Position numbers and translations under genes: made by a program. The notes beneath the pieces are model-generated. The model did not search any database, had not been told where the DNA came from, and saw nothing but the letters and a program-made list of their open reading frames with translations. This document shows positions 23,082 to 51,068 of a DNA stretch of 64,000 nt, one piece after another. Origin of the DNA: Amoebidium appalachense (lineage: Eukaryota > Protista > Ichthyosporea); NCBI GenBank assembly GCA_963693365.1, contig CAVNZM010000013.1:2880722-2944721 (forward strand), in the 5' to 3' direction. Each line of letters starts with the position of its first letter. Positions within the stretch are counted from its first letter, which is position 1.

Positions 23082-23123
<42 letters not shown>

Positions 23124-23132
23124 ACGAGAGAG

Positions 23133-23193
<61 letters not shown>

Positions 23194-23352
23194 CCGTGAC
23201 ACACACACACACATAAACACACAAATAACTACATGTAAAAAAGGCAGCTTGACCTCGCTCACTTCAACACTTCTTACACAGATCTGCTACCTTCTCCATA
23301 TCGACCCCACCTTCCCCAGCCGCCCCACCCAAACCCCACTTTTGCCCGCCAG

Positions 23353-23392
<40 letters not shown>

Positions 23393-23765
23393 TTTCCGAA
23401 GTTCCTTATGCCTTCCTTCCTCCCCCTTCCTCCCTCCCCCACCACCACCTCCCTCCCTAGGCACCTACAAGAGAGGCGGGGCAACAAGGTGCCCCTGGCG
23501 AGGGAGGGGAAAGAGAGGGGGGGGGGGGGGGGGGGGGGGGGAAGGGTCCCGGGAGGGAAGGCTAGGAAGAGGACCGTGAGAGCATAACAACGTACACCTT
23601 CACTGACGTCGACATACACTCACACCTCAACGCGTGTGCGTGCGCGTGCGCGCGCGCGCGCACACACACACACACACACACAAACACACACAAACACACA
23701 CATACAGACAAACACGTGACACATACTCTAACAAACACCCACCCACGGGATTGAAACACACACAA

Positions 23766-23797
<32 letters not shown>

Positions 23798-23870
23798 ACA
23801 CACACAGACAAACACACGACACATACTCTAACAAACACCCACCCACCGGATTGCAACACACACAAACACA

Positions 23871-23935
<65 letters not shown>

Positions 23936-24141
23936 CACACACACACACACACACTTGACACACATATACGCACACACAAAGAATACACACACAGACGTGT
24001 GCATACACACACGTGCACGCAAGGGCACACACACACACACACACAAGCATATACAGACGCCTAAGTGTACGCGTGCACAAATACACACGCAAACGTGACA
24101 CAATCACTCACACACACACAAACACACACACACACACTGCG

Positions 24142-24238
<97 letters not shown>

Positions 24239-25387
24239 GTCTCATCTTAATGTCACACACAGTACACACACATGCGCAATACACACACACACTTACCCTG
24301 TGTAACGTTATAACAAACGACACACTGGCACAGTATATTAACCGGCCTCTTTTGGTGCAGTGGCGGTTTGCAAACACGCACGGTCCGGGTTAGTGCTAGC
24401 CCAAGACAACGTAACGTTAGATATAATTAGCAGCTTCTGCGCAGATCTTGTGTAGGGAGAGAACAAACGGGTAGATGTACAAAGACTTAGAATAGAAAGA
24501 GAGCTGCCGGGTTTGCATTTCTTTTATCCGTGAGCAAGAGAAAGAAAAACAATACAGTTAAGTAGCAAGCATCTAATTCGACTTGTTTCATGTTAGTGGC
24601 AGTACATAGTGGGCTCGTACCGATACTAGTGCTACCTCTGCACACTGCACTGTGCAACAAAACACGTTGCACTCAAGTGACCTTTGGATGCAAGGGATAC
24701 TTGACGAGACGATATATGCAACAAGTAATTTATTACAAAAAGAACAACAGGGTGTCTGTCAGAGTCTGCTGGTTGCGTTGGACGGTGTGGAAAACAGTCA
24801 TGATGTGTTTTCGACCGAAACGCCTTCCCGTTGTCTGTATGTGTATGGCTGACAGGGCATTCCACAAAAAGGTGGACTGAATGATCACGCTGTACGTGTG
24901 TATAATGTTCACACGCCATGCCTACTCTACCCCCAGAGAGTGTATTTGGCAGAAACGCACCATGCAGGCAGTAAATGTTCAACACCCGTAGTACTTGTGC
25001 ATATGTTTAACTACGGTGCATGTGTGATGCCCTCATGATCACGAATGGCTGTGAAAAACGCCCAACGCAACAAACCTGCAAACCCCAAAATAACTAAGAC
25101 GATAGAAATTATCATCTATAATAAAAAGCATCTGTGTAGCATTTTGAGGAAAAAGCAAATATTGTTACGTAAAGGGGTTTGTCTTTGCCAGAAGTAGCTT
25201 CTACGTCGGGCAGCTGGAGCCGCTGCCAGGCAGCCCGACAAACGACGGCCCTATGGCGGCCAACCTCGGGTGTTGGAGCGAAGCAAACAATTGATCGATT
25301 TTTGAATAGTAGATCCAAAGTGGTCCATAGCTACACAAATGCCTCTCCCCCACCAGTACTATACAGCCCGGGGCTGCATGCCCCTCA

Positions 25388-25444
<57 letters not shown>

Positions 25445-26034
25445 AGAAAAGTTTTCTTCCCGCCGGGGGGCCCGGGGGAGATGGGGTTTATGTATTACGT
25501 CACATGATCATCATGATTGACTCGTCATATATCTGCGTGGGGCCGACTACAGCTATCTGATTCATCAGCCTGCCGGTCAGTGATCCCCCCCCCCCCCCCC
25601 CCCCCCTCTCCCCCCCGCGCCCGGTGATCACCGTCGACGGGGGCCCGGCCTCCCCCTTCCTGAGCTCAGGCTCCCCTCCCGTACAGTATCCCTCCCCCGC
25701 GCCCGCAAATTCCGGATCCTGCCGCAGGCCCTGGGTGCACATCTGATTGTCACTTGGCAACCAATTTGTAAGGTGCGCTCCAAATATTAAAAAGTCTGTC
25801 ATCTTACCTTTGGTGCTCCTTTTGATGGCATATTCGTTTGGGGGTTTACGCTGTTTACTCGAGGCAAAGAGAACCAGTCTCAGGTATGGGGGGGGGGGTT
25901 TGCTCGGAATATCCCCTCAGCGGTATATCATGATCACGTACATAGATGTCGGGTGGTGACTATATATCAGGGTTTACTATCTCTACGAGACACCATAAAG
26001 ACTACAAGGAGAAATCAATTAGTTGGGGTTCCCC

Positions 26035-26077
<43 letters not shown>

Positions 26078-26109
26078 GGGCTCCCCTCGGGACACTCGGT
26101 ATCAGCTGG

Positions 26110-26176
<67 letters not shown>

Positions 26177-26180
26177 TGCG

Positions 26181-26740
26181 CTATAATTTTGTAGTGATGT
26201 GTTTCTCAAGCCAATCAATACATCTAATAAACAGGTCGTAGTTACGCGTGTTTAGTATAAAATCAAGGATGTTGTAATTTACAGGTAGGCTATCTTTCTG
26301 GGTGTCTGTTGTGAATGTGACGTGTGTGTGTTGCGGTATTATGTGGTCTATCAAACTACATTTGGCGATACATGACCGGTTAAACTGGTGTGTGTGTGTG
26401 TTGTTTGGGCATGCAAATGATGCCACCTTATACTTATTAGATCTCCACAGTATAGCACGTGTACAGTAAAAGCGTGGTAATTGATCAATAATACCATCAG
26501 CTAGAGAAAGACCAGTTCTACAGGAAGGTAATATGTATTTAGGTGTTATACACTTGCGAGTGCCATATTTGGCAATATGGTTGAGGCGGTCAGTATATAT
26601 AAAACGAGACATAAGGCTTAGTTTTTCAAGGTGTATGCTTTCATCGGGTCTAGTGTCGTGTGGTATCTTTTTCCATTTGTTATATTGCGTGATTATCTTG
26701 TGATTGTGTACATGTTTAACAAGTAAGTGGCAGTCCAAAG
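26181..26740 (-). mobile_element. 3'-terminal fragment of a LINE ORF2 (5'-truncated non-LTR retrotransposon)
   Basis: ILPSCR..LADGI..LWRSN..CP..FNRSCIAKC..ILDFILN parallels the C-terminus of the LINE at 59284 (ISPAVR..LVDKS..QWRCN..C..FNRKHVDRC..TLDFLLN). The stop is followed almost directly by (CA)n. Confidence 0.7.
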
Positions 26741-27225
26741 TCACACACACACTATTGCGGGGTTTATTTGTATTTGTGCCCAGGGGAGAAGGGGAGAGAG
26801 AGGGGAGGAAAGAGGGGAGAGGTGAGGAGGGGACAGGTCGGATAGAGAAGAGAGGGTGGGTCGCATGCAATTTATCCAAAACAGGTAAGTACCATACCAT
26901 ATTTAGGCAAAGCCAACCATCCCCTCTGACGGCCAATGGCTATTGGAGATGGGAAGTTCGGTCTAGATCTGTGTTCGAGTGAACATTTTATTCAGAAGTC
27001 TACTTAGGGCCTAATATACACAGGTCTTTTCGAGAGGGTTTAAAGACTTTATTTAGACTTTCAGCCTTCAGAATTCCACACATGCATATGGTTCTTTCGT
27101 ACATGAATTAGAGTGATGTCACTGGCTAACAAAATCAAAACTACAATATATAGGGCCTTTGCCCCATGCATTACATCTCGGACCATTATATCTTTACACC
27201 CTTAATGAGCAAAGGTTCACAGCAT

Positions 27226-27394
27226 ACTACGTACCCCGGCAGACTACTGAAATCAGCTAACTGCCTTCTGACCCTCAGTCTGAAATGACGTCACGTTATT
27301 TACTACCGTTATGACAGTAAATAATTTGGCATCATTTCAGATTGAAAACCGCCCGGCAGCCAACTAATCTCAGTAGTCTGCCAGAGTCCGTAGT
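27226..27394. mobile_element. Foldback / MITE-like imperfect palindrome (~170 bp)
   Basis: ACTACG..GGCAGACTACTGA..TCTGAAATGA..TTATTTACT / AGTAAATAA..TCATTTCAGA..TCAGTAGTCTGCC..CGTAGT. Confidence 0.7.
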
Positions 27395-27620
27395 CTGTTT
27401 TGAATCATTAGTCTAGGACCATTTCCTATTTTGGATATAACACCACCTTACAAAGACTTTCCGCCTTTATTCATACCTGCCGCCATCTGCCACTTGAAAA
27501 ATTGACCGCAACAACAAAAGTTACCACCATCTATATATGGCAAGTGACAACCTAAATTTGGGAAGTGACCACCTCCTATATTTGGCAAGTGACCACCCAA
27601 ATTCGGCAAGCTTCCACCTT

Positions 27621-41247
<13,627 letters not shown>

Positions 41248-42353
41248 GTTGGTAGAAAACGGCTGTCTGCTGTATTATTTATGTGCTGTAGTGACCTGTG
41301 CGTAATTTTTGGCACCAACTACCTGTGATTTTCGGAAGAACTGTGCAATAATAGAGCTCGAGTGGGTGAAAAAGATCTTTAAAAGGGTGTGTGTCGGTGA
41401 TGATTGAAAGCCAAACCTGTGCCCTCACCCGCGCCAAATGAGGGGCACAAGGATGTTCTTAGAGCGAGTGTGTGTGTGACTTTTGGGGCACCTGTATTTC
41501 GACTTTTGTAGGTAACCTGCGGATACCTATATGTTTCTACGTGTCCCCCTGGATTTATCATACAGTGTGTTGCGGAGAAGCTGAGAAGCTGTTCGCCCGG
41601 CACACACTCACCCTCGAGGCACAGACAGACACAGCTGGCACAGACACACTGACACAGACACACCAGCACGCAGATACGTGACGTGACGTCGACTGTGACA
41701 CCCCAAATTTTCGCAGGATTGGCTAAAACAGCACCAAACGCTATCCAACCAATCAAACTTCATTTTCATTAGCTATATTTAGTCCTGTTACGCAATCCTT
41801 CGGTTCTGTCCAGGGTTCGAAGGACGGTGGAGCCCATTAACGGAAGTCGAAATCCCGTTTCGGAAAACCTCTTCGAAAATCGGAATGCTCCGTCAAAGCA
41901 GGCCCACCAAAAATCGTAATCGTCGCGCATCAGTAAACTAGGGCATGCTTATTTGTGCCTATAATGCATCAAAATGTTATTATAATGCATACTCAAAACC
42001 CCTGTGGTCATTAGAGGCCTTCCTGGTGTTGGCAGTTGAAGCTTTGAAGGAATAAAAGGGAAATATGAAGTGCATTCATTAATGCACACACTATATATAT
42101 ACATTTTGTCTACGTATATACGTACGGTCACGTCCTCTTACACATATGTGCGGCAGTCCCAGTGTATATGAGGATATATACTATGTGTGCATATGTATCT
42201 AGTTCCTGCGTGTGTCACTGTGTCCGTGGCCTTATTTTTTCCCAGTGCACGCATTTTCTTTTATTTGATGAACATATGCATGATCATGAATCATGTTACG
42301 AATAGACGTATTATGCGATTTGTGCCTTCCCCGATTCGGATTGGGTCCCTGAA

Positions 42354-42391
<38 letters not shown>

Positions 42392-42592
42392 AGAAGAAAA
42401 TTACGTTGGGTGGTTGTGTTTGTGTTTGTGTGTGTGTGAATATTTTTCTTAGCAATTGTGTGTGTGTGTGTGGTGGGTATGTATGCACGGTGTGTGTGTC
42501 TGTGTGTATGTGTACAGGTGTGGGTGTGTGTATTTGTGTCAGCGGTAATCGGTGTGTGTGTGTGTCTATGTTGCGTGCATGTGTGCACATGT

Positions 42593-42623
<31 letters not shown>

Positions 42624-43769
42624 CATGACATTGTGTGCATGTGTGTGTGTGTTTTGTGTCAACGGTTATGGTATGTGTGTATGTATGTCCAGTGTGTGTA
42701 TGTATGTGTGTGTGTGTGCAGTGTGGTGTGTATGTATGCAGGGTGTGTGTGTCTGTGTATGTGTGTGTACATGCCAGTGTGGGTGTGTGTGTTTGTACCA
42801 ACGGTTTCTTGACAATGTGTGTGTGCGTGTGTTTGTGTGTGTGTGTGTGTGTGCCACGGGGTGTGTGTGCGTGCGCCGTGGACATGGTGTGTGCGTGCGG
42901 TGTAAGTGTGTGTGTGTGTGTGTGTGTGTGTTTGTGTGGGTGGGTGGGTGCATAGCATGTGATTGTGGGTGGATGCATGTGCACGTTTGTAATACAGTTA
43001 TCATGCATGATCTGAGATAGTATGTGCCTGTGCACGTGTACTAGCCTAGGTCACATGTGTGGTGGCACAGGTGTGCATGTATGTGCATGTGTGTCTTTGA
43101 ACGGAACACAGTGGTGCACAGTGTGTGTATTGCCTGCCATTTGAGACGCGTGCCACTGATCGTGATACACGTGGCACCTGCACCTGGTGTCCGTCGACTC
43201 TGAGCATCTAGATCCATTCCATGTCTAGGCCTTCCTGGGGAGGAAGGGGGGGGGGGGGGGGGGGGGGAGTACTAGTAGGGGGGGGGGGGGATTCCTGGAG
43301 AGGGGGGGGAGGGGAGGGGGAAGGGGTGAGGCCGGAGCGGCGTGGGGGAGAAGGAGGGGCAGCATTGGTGGAGGGAACGGTGGGCAGCGGAGGAGGGGGA
43401 ATGGGGTTCGATTTCTGGGGGGGGGAAGTTTTGAAGTGGAGGCCGGCCTAGCCTATAGGCATGCGCAGGCATATGCATTGTATGCTCATGTGGCCATGCA
43501 TGGCTATGATGCATATATGGTGTCACGGCTGTGTGTGTGTGAATGTTTGTGTGTGTGTCTGTCTGTGTGTGTGTGTGTGTGCGCGCGCGTGGGTGTGCAT
43601 AAATGTGTTTGGTGTGACAACATGTACATGTGCTAGGCTGGCGCTGTAGTTAGGGTCTGCCATTGAACATTCTACAGGGACAGGGAGACACGTACGTACG
43701 TGTGCAGCTTGTGTGGGCGGTGTATGCCCCGTGTATGATGAGACCTGCGAAGTCATGAGAAGCTTCCCC

Positions 43770-43822
<53 letters not shown>

Positions 43823-43980
43823 CTCTCGGGCGTTCCGATTCGGCCGGGACGATTTTCGGAACTGTGTTTTCAAATATCGGAAATTCCGATTTTTTTTCGT
43901 AACTTCGAACCCTGGTTCTGTCATTTCTGTGGCACGGTGCCGGGGTAAAAACTTTGGACTCTGCAACTCGTTCAAAAGTC

Positions 43981-44258
43981 AAAACTCTTTGTTGTGTTAG
44001 CCTCCCAAAAGCTCTAAGAAAAGGTATCTTTGCCAAAGCAAAACCCAAGAGAATAGTCCCAGTTATAACTCCATAATTTTGGAGGCGATCGGCAGATGTA
44101 ACCCCGAACTTTCTTGTTCGAAAACTCTTGTTTTGTTAGCCTCCCAAAAGCTCTAAGAAAAGGTATCTTTGCCAAAGCAAAACCCAGGAGAATAGCCCCA
44201 GTTATAACTCCATACTGTTGGAGGCGGTCGGCAGATGTAACCCCGAATCTTTTTGTTC
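43981..44258. repeat. ~140-bp tandem duplication upstream of the PGAP4-like gene
   Basis: AAAACTCTT...GCCTCCCAAAAGCTCTAAGAAAAGG...GGCAGATGTAACCCCGAA starts at 43981 and again at 44121. Confidence 0.85.
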
Positions 44259-44397
44259 TGCATCCACTGTAAAGAGTTTTCTCTCGACTCTGTCCCCATC
44301 CTTTGTCATTCACGTTTCCTCACACACAAGATACAGTTAGACATGCGAATGTTAATGGCCTTACAAAGAAGCAACCTTTTCCGCTATCGCTACCAAA

Positions 44398-45755
44398 ATG
44401 GTTAGGAGTTTAGGTGCAAGTGAGAGCAAACGAAGGCATATATGCCACGCAATACTGCTACTCATACTAGTTCTAGATCTTGCTGCAGTGTTTTATGCCT
44501 CACAAAACTTCGGTTTTTCGCTACTTTTTTCCGGAGAAAATAGGACTGATATACAGCAGCTGAGGGAAAAACTTGTTAGAGAAAATGAGGAAATTTCGCG
44601 GAATTCTAAAGAAACCATCTCTTCTCTGAAAAGAGAAAGAGGGGTGAATGTGCGGGATGAATTCCTCAGAAGGTGGGTGTTATAGGCGGTGTAAGTGTGT
44701 GTGCACATCTGGGCGGATCTGTGATTGTGCGAGTATTTTTTTACGTATTTATGTGTGTATACGTGGGTGTGAGGGAATAGAGTAGGCAAGGGATAGGATA
44801 AATGCCATTGTGTTCCAAAGTGTGTTTTTGAGTTTTGTTCTTCGTCTTCTCTCTCCCCCTCCTCCCCCTCCCCCCCCCTTTTTTTTTGTGTGTGTGTGTG
44901 TGGGGAGGGGAGGGGGGGGGGGGGGGGGGGGGGGGAGGGTGGTGGTGGTGGGGGGTGGGGTGGGGAGTGGGGGGTGGGGGGAAAGGGGGGAGGGGAGGGG
45001 AAGCTAGTGTCCGGATGTCACGGTGCCCAACAAAGGAGGGTAAAGGAGAGGGGGGTTGGGGGGGGGGGGGGGGGGGAGGCATGTTTTTTTTTTTTGGGGG
45101 GGGGGGGGAAGGGGGGGGGGGGGGGGAGGAAGGAAAGGGCCTCGGGGGGAACGGGGAATGGGGGGGATGGGGGGGTGTTGACCGAGCACTTGTGTTTCCA
45201 ACCAGACGTCAAGACATCGGGGGCCGGGGGAGGGGGGGGAGGAGGGGGGGGGGGGGGGCGGAGGGGGGGGGGGGGGGGGGAGGGGAAGCACGAACACGCC
45301 TGTATTCTTGTCGACACGGATTTTGTTCACTTGGACTATTTCCACTTCAAAACCCCCAGCTGTACTTTATCGAAGACACCCTGTGACTATGGTACCAATT
45401 TGGCTCCTACTCTTCAACCTCTTCCACAATCCGGCTCTGTGTATACCCTTATTTCTAGCCCCCTCTCCCCCAACCCTCAACACTCCTCCCCCCCCCCCCC
45501 CCCCCCCCCCCCTCTTCAAACCCCCCTTCCTCCAAACACACAAACACACACACTCTTGCACATTTCCAGCTCTCTCTCTTTTGATTTTTCTGCCTCTCTT
45601 CTTCTCCCTCCCCTAACCTCCCTCCCTTCCTCTCTTTCTCTTAGTTCCTTCCCCCTAATCTCTCTCGTCTTCTTTCTCTCTTGTCTCTCTCATTTTTTCA
45701 ACTTGCATATATACACACACATTCTCTCTCTCTCTCTCTCTCTGTCGCTCTCTCT

Positions 45756-45804
<49 letters not shown>

Positions 45805-46019
45805 ATCCTCCCTCCCCTCCCGCTCTCCCGCCCTCCCCCCTTTTGGTGCACATAAAAAACAACGGCACACTCAAGTGTCCACTTACACCATAGCCCTATC
45901 TTGCACACTCGCTCAAGGTGCACTCATTCACTGGTTTCCTTACTGTCTTACCTACACCCACACTCACTCTTTCACATTTAGACGTGCACATGCGCGCGTG
46001 CGGGCACACACACACACAC

Positions 46020-46090
<71 letters not shown>

Positions 46091-48183
46091 AACGCGACCG
46101 GAGATCTGGAATTCTGTTTTGTGATTTTGACCACCAGGCGCCCCCAACAAACACACTACCTCACCCGGACAACGGGTCGACTCATACCCCAACTCATATC
46201 CGACCCCAAATCTACCGGTTTTCTCTTTATCGCACCACCAAATACCCCGGATTTTGATTCGGGAAATACGACAAGCCTGGCAGGAGCCGAAGGACAGCGG
46301 CCGACATTAGATGTATCGAATGACGAGTGGGACGATTTTGAGCTGTTGGAAGGATTGGTACCGATGATTCAACCAACACGGGAAATGTATTCCGGTTTTC
46401 CGAAAGGCTTTGCTGTTGGTAAAGAACCGATTAACAATGCGATCAAAGGTGGGGTTGATTACGCTAATGCCATGAAAGTTTGCGAATTTACGAATGCGAA
46501 AAACGTTGTTGTTGTTGAAGATGACGCTGAACCTTCCGGCCATTTGCTCCAGCGACTGAGAAATGCAATCGGAAAAGTCGGAGGAGAATATTCGGTGTTG
46601 AAGTTGTATTTCAATGAAAAGTAAGCACCTCCCCCCTCCCCTCCCCTCCCTCCTCCCCCTCCCCTCCTCCTCCCCCCCCCCCCCCCCCCGCCCCCCTACC
46701 CCCCCCCCCCCCCCCCCGCCGCCCCGGCGGCCGCCCTACCTAACCACCCGCCCCGCTCCTCAACTCTCTCTCTTGTAACGATAATGTGGTAAACCTGATG
46801 ATGACAGTTCTCCCTATTCCTCCTCCCCCCCCCCCCCCCCCCCCCCCCGCCTCACTCTCTACCGAAAAAGGGAGAAGGAAGATTGAGATGTAGGGAAAAC
46901 CAGTCGTCCTTACTTCCATAATACCCCCCCCCCCCCCCCCCCCCCCCCCGCCCTGTCCCCCGGCCCGCTGTCCCCCTATGGTACTCCATTCCCCCCCCCC
47001 CTCAACCTCGCATCAAACTGTGTCCGATGCCCCTTTATTCCTCTTCCCCCCCCCCCCCCCCCCCCCCTACTTCCATGCAACCGGGCATGGTTGCTCTGTG
47101 TCGTGCATCTGTAAGCACATACGCGTTTGTCGCTGCACTGCATTAGTTTGCACATACATCTTCACCGTTTTGCTCACCTTGCTTGCATAAGCAACCCTGC
47201 TCGTCTTTGATCAAGACGGGTTGACCCACCCAAGTTCAGTTGATGCTGCTGTCTGAGTTGGAGCGTCGTATATACGCGGGCTAAGGGGTCGAAACTCAGA
47301 CGCAATTGATGACTTGGGCCCTCCCTGAGGATGGGCTCTGCTTATGACGCATACTGTGCGCATGGCTGATGCTGCATACTTGAATGGTTGCCTTTGCATG
47401 TGTCCTGCACCATGCTTCTCATCGTGTATGCGTACTTCGTACTGTGTTCCGCATTCAACCCCCCCCCCGAGTGAAATGCGGCAGCCATTGCGGTATTTAT
47501 GCCTTCGGCGTTTAGCAAAAGGCGTGTTTCGATTGGAGACATCTGACTATGACAGACAAGTCCCCCACTGCCGGCCCCAGGCAACATGCATATGTACATG
47601 TATTTGTTCCTTGATTCAGAATTCTTTCAATGAACACAATAATGGTAATACGTAGCGTGCACATATTTCAAGATGTATTTAAGTAGCTGCGATACTTATT
47701 TAGCCTACCGGCCAATCATTCCGCGGCGCGGCGGGGGCCGGTGATGTCACTGATGTGACCAAATGTTACGTAATATCTTGTAGCCACTCAGAGCGCATCG
47801 CTGCTTACTATATTTGGTGTCGTCATCCCACAGATTCCAATCGTCATCCCACATGTCTCAGCCACTGACTGAAAGTCTCGAAGGTGGAAGTTGAAGCCTT
47901 GCCACCCTTGCGGCCCCTCCCCCCTCCCCCCTCCCCCCTCTCCCCCAAAACACCACCACCACCTCCACCTCTGCAACCACTCACCCACCCACTCACCACC
48001 GTTGTCGCTTTCTTTCCAGATATTGTTTGTGAATGGGGCACGTGTTAACAGTATTCAGTTCAGTGCAGCACACAAACACACAGTTACCTTTCTAGCGTGT
48101 ACATCCACAAGTATACACCTATTTGTTCTTCGTAACTAGTATCCCCAAGGACAGAAATGCACCGAAATCCTCCCTCCCTCCCC

Positions 48184-48215
<32 letters not shown>

Positions 48216-48409
48216 AAAAAAAGAAAAAAGAAAAGAAAGAAAAAACACCCTCTTGCTCCCTCCCTTCACCTCCCCGTCCTCTGTTCCATCCAGCTGCCCC
48301 TCCCGTCCCCCCCCCCCCCCCCCCCCCCCCTCCCCCCTCCCCCCCCCCCCAAAAAAAAATAGGAATGGGAATAAAGAAAGACACTATTACCACAATCCCC
48401 CCCCCCCCC

Positions 48410-48442
<33 letters not shown>

Positions 48443-48486
48443 CACTTAGACACTCAGAAACACACGCACACTCACTCACTCATTCA

Positions 48487-48543
<57 letters not shown>

Positions 48544-49190
48544 ACACACTCACGCACGCACGCACACACACGCACACACACGTACACACACGTACACACA
48601 CACACACACACGTACACACACACACAACCACCAGATGGGACGGGGCCGGGTTAGACACCATCATGCACACAGTCATTTCCAGCGTGTTCTGGGGCCTTCT
48701 ATTCCACGTGGCATATCACGTGACCGTCATCTACACGTGGCCCTTAAGGCAGCTTCCTAATATGGCAACTTGGAGGATTCACGTGTCTGCTCACCCATTG
48801 GCCAATCTCTGTGTGTTTGCCCTGGGGGCATGCCAGGTATGGTTGGGATGCTACGTGATCGGAAAGCAACATTTGGATCAGATCTTGAAATTTCATTTCG
48901 GTTCGTGGTTTTATGTCGGCGTCGAGAGGTTTCTGAACGTCAGCACGGTTGGGCAGGCATATACGAAGGAATCGGCGGTACGGATAGCCGATGAAATTTT
49001 GAAAAATTACGCGAGCGGGAACGTTGAGCGATATGATATTATGATGATGGAGGTGGTTAGGAATTTAGGTTGGACGGATATGGTGTGGAGGGTGATTCCT
49101 AATTTGTTTATGCACGTGGGTATGATTTCGGTGGGGTCTGACTACAAGGTCAAGAATGTGAGGGAGTTTATGGGGATTTGGAATCCGTGA
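44398..49190 (+). CDS. PGAP4: PGAP4/TMEM246-like GPI N-acetylgalactosaminyltransferase, 3 exons, ~453 aa
   Basis: Exons 44398-44672, 46090-46620 and 48635-49190 join in phase. N-terminal TM anchor; FVILTTRR..HYL; DYANAMKVC; VVEDDA; LKLY; two internal hydrophobic helices; PNLFMHVG. This is the PGAP4 layout of a GT-A fold split by tandem TM segments. Confidence 0.8.
47068..47458 (+). mobile_element. 5'-truncated (~390 bp) copy of the 450-bp structured repeat family (PGAP4 intron 2, sense to host)
   Basis: Near-identical to the array unit. C runs on both sides. Ends GCATTCAA-C(n). Confidence 0.92.
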
Positions 49191-49733
49191 CTCGACGATT
49201 GGTTTGTTGGGTCCTAGCTGTGATTTTTTTTTTTTTTTTTTTTTGCCCCTTTCTCGGGGGTTTGTCTTTTAAAGTTTTTAAAACGGCTAAGGGATACCCT
49301 TTTTGTTTTGGTTTCAATAGGGTTTCTTTTCCTTAAGAAAAAGTTATAGAGATAAAGGAAGGAAGAAGCCTTTTTTATGTGCGTATATGCAATTGTGTTG
49401 CAACGGCTTTGCAAGCTGCCCGCACATCATCCAATAAGTTTGGGATGTCCTTTTTGATTTGTGAAATAGTTTGACACACTATCCATCTTGTACTTTTATA
49501 TCCAAATATTGTTTATCAAATACCCCGTTGTATTTATGTTATGTAGTTATGTAAGTAAAATCAATTATTTAATTAGAGCACTCATTTTATATATTAAAGG
49601 TATGTCGGCCCTTCTAGAGCGGCTGAACTTAGTAGTACTGGCATGGCCACTACTACTCTACTACTACTACTACACCACGTTGGCATCAGCAAAAAGCGAG
49701 CTCAGTACACACACACTGTGACACACACACTGT

Positions 49734-49856
<123 letters not shown>

Positions 49857-50080
49857 TCCCGGAGGCTCCCCGTCCTCCCCCCCTCCCCCCTACCACCACC
49901 ACCAACACCACCACCATGGCGGCCTCTGCAGCTGCCCTTGTGCCCCCACCGAGTCCGACTCCCCAGCGGCCACGGCCCCTTCATCCGACAGCCAGCTGCA
50001 GCCGCTCTCCTCTCTCTCTCTCCTCTGTCTCTCTCTAGGCTCTCTCTCTCTCTCTCTCACTCTCTCTCTCTCCCCCCGAG

Positions 50081-50136
<56 letters not shown>

Positions 50137-50138
50137 CG

Positions 50139-50172
<34 letters not shown>

Positions 50173-50194
50173 CCCCCCCCCCCCCCCCCCGAGT

Positions 50195-50226
<32 letters not shown>

Positions 50227-50246
50227 TCTCCTCTCTCCCTCTCAGA

Positions 50247-50449
<203 letters not shown>

Positions 50450-50907
50450 GTGCACGCGATGTGCACGCGATGTGCACGCGATCTCTGATGTGCACGCGAT
50501 GATGTGCACGCGAACTTATCATGCTGCCTCTTGATCAAGCTAAATTTATCGCAATTCCTTGTACTCAGGAATCCGATTCGATTGCTTAGGGCCTTAGGGT
50601 TTAAATTTTTTAAAAGCTCTCCTTGTACAACAGAAATATCACTTAGCCACGTTTGTCAAACTCTGCACCACATATTTAATATAAAGCACATGCATACACA
50701 TGTGACACTTGATTTAATTTCGTATTCTAAACCTATGCAAATACAGCACAAATTAAGTCTTATTGGAACATTGCTGATTATAGTGCATCAACGATTCAAC
50801 AGATGGGCGAATCCGATATCGATCAGCGAACAGCTGGGGAACCTTTCAAGCCCCGGTATATTGAATGGTGTCGGCGGTGCTACCCTCAATTCCCAAGCTC
50901 CTAGGGT

Positions 50908-51068
50908 GTGACGTAATATTTGGCACGAAATTTATTTGGCACGAGCCTGCAAAACGGTGAAAATGGGGCAGGATGTCGCCCAGGCACCGACAGGAGCTTG
51001 GGGATACCCCTGGATGTGCTCCGCTAGCGGGCTGGTGCCAAATAAATTCGTGCCACATTTTACGTCAC
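50908..51068. mobile_element. MITE-like element with ~40-bp terminal inverted repeats and repeated TTTGGCACGA motifs
   Basis: GTGACGTAATATTTGGCACGAAATTTATTTGGCACGAGCC ... GGCTGGTGCCAAATAAATTCGTGCCACATTTTACGTCAC. Further motif copies continue to ~51110. Confidence 0.7.

Noticed and set aside
42232-43770. Proline-rich minus-strand exon-like pieces between the EEP and PGAP4 genes
   Set aside because: Frames depend on uncertain C-run lengths and no homology was recognised.
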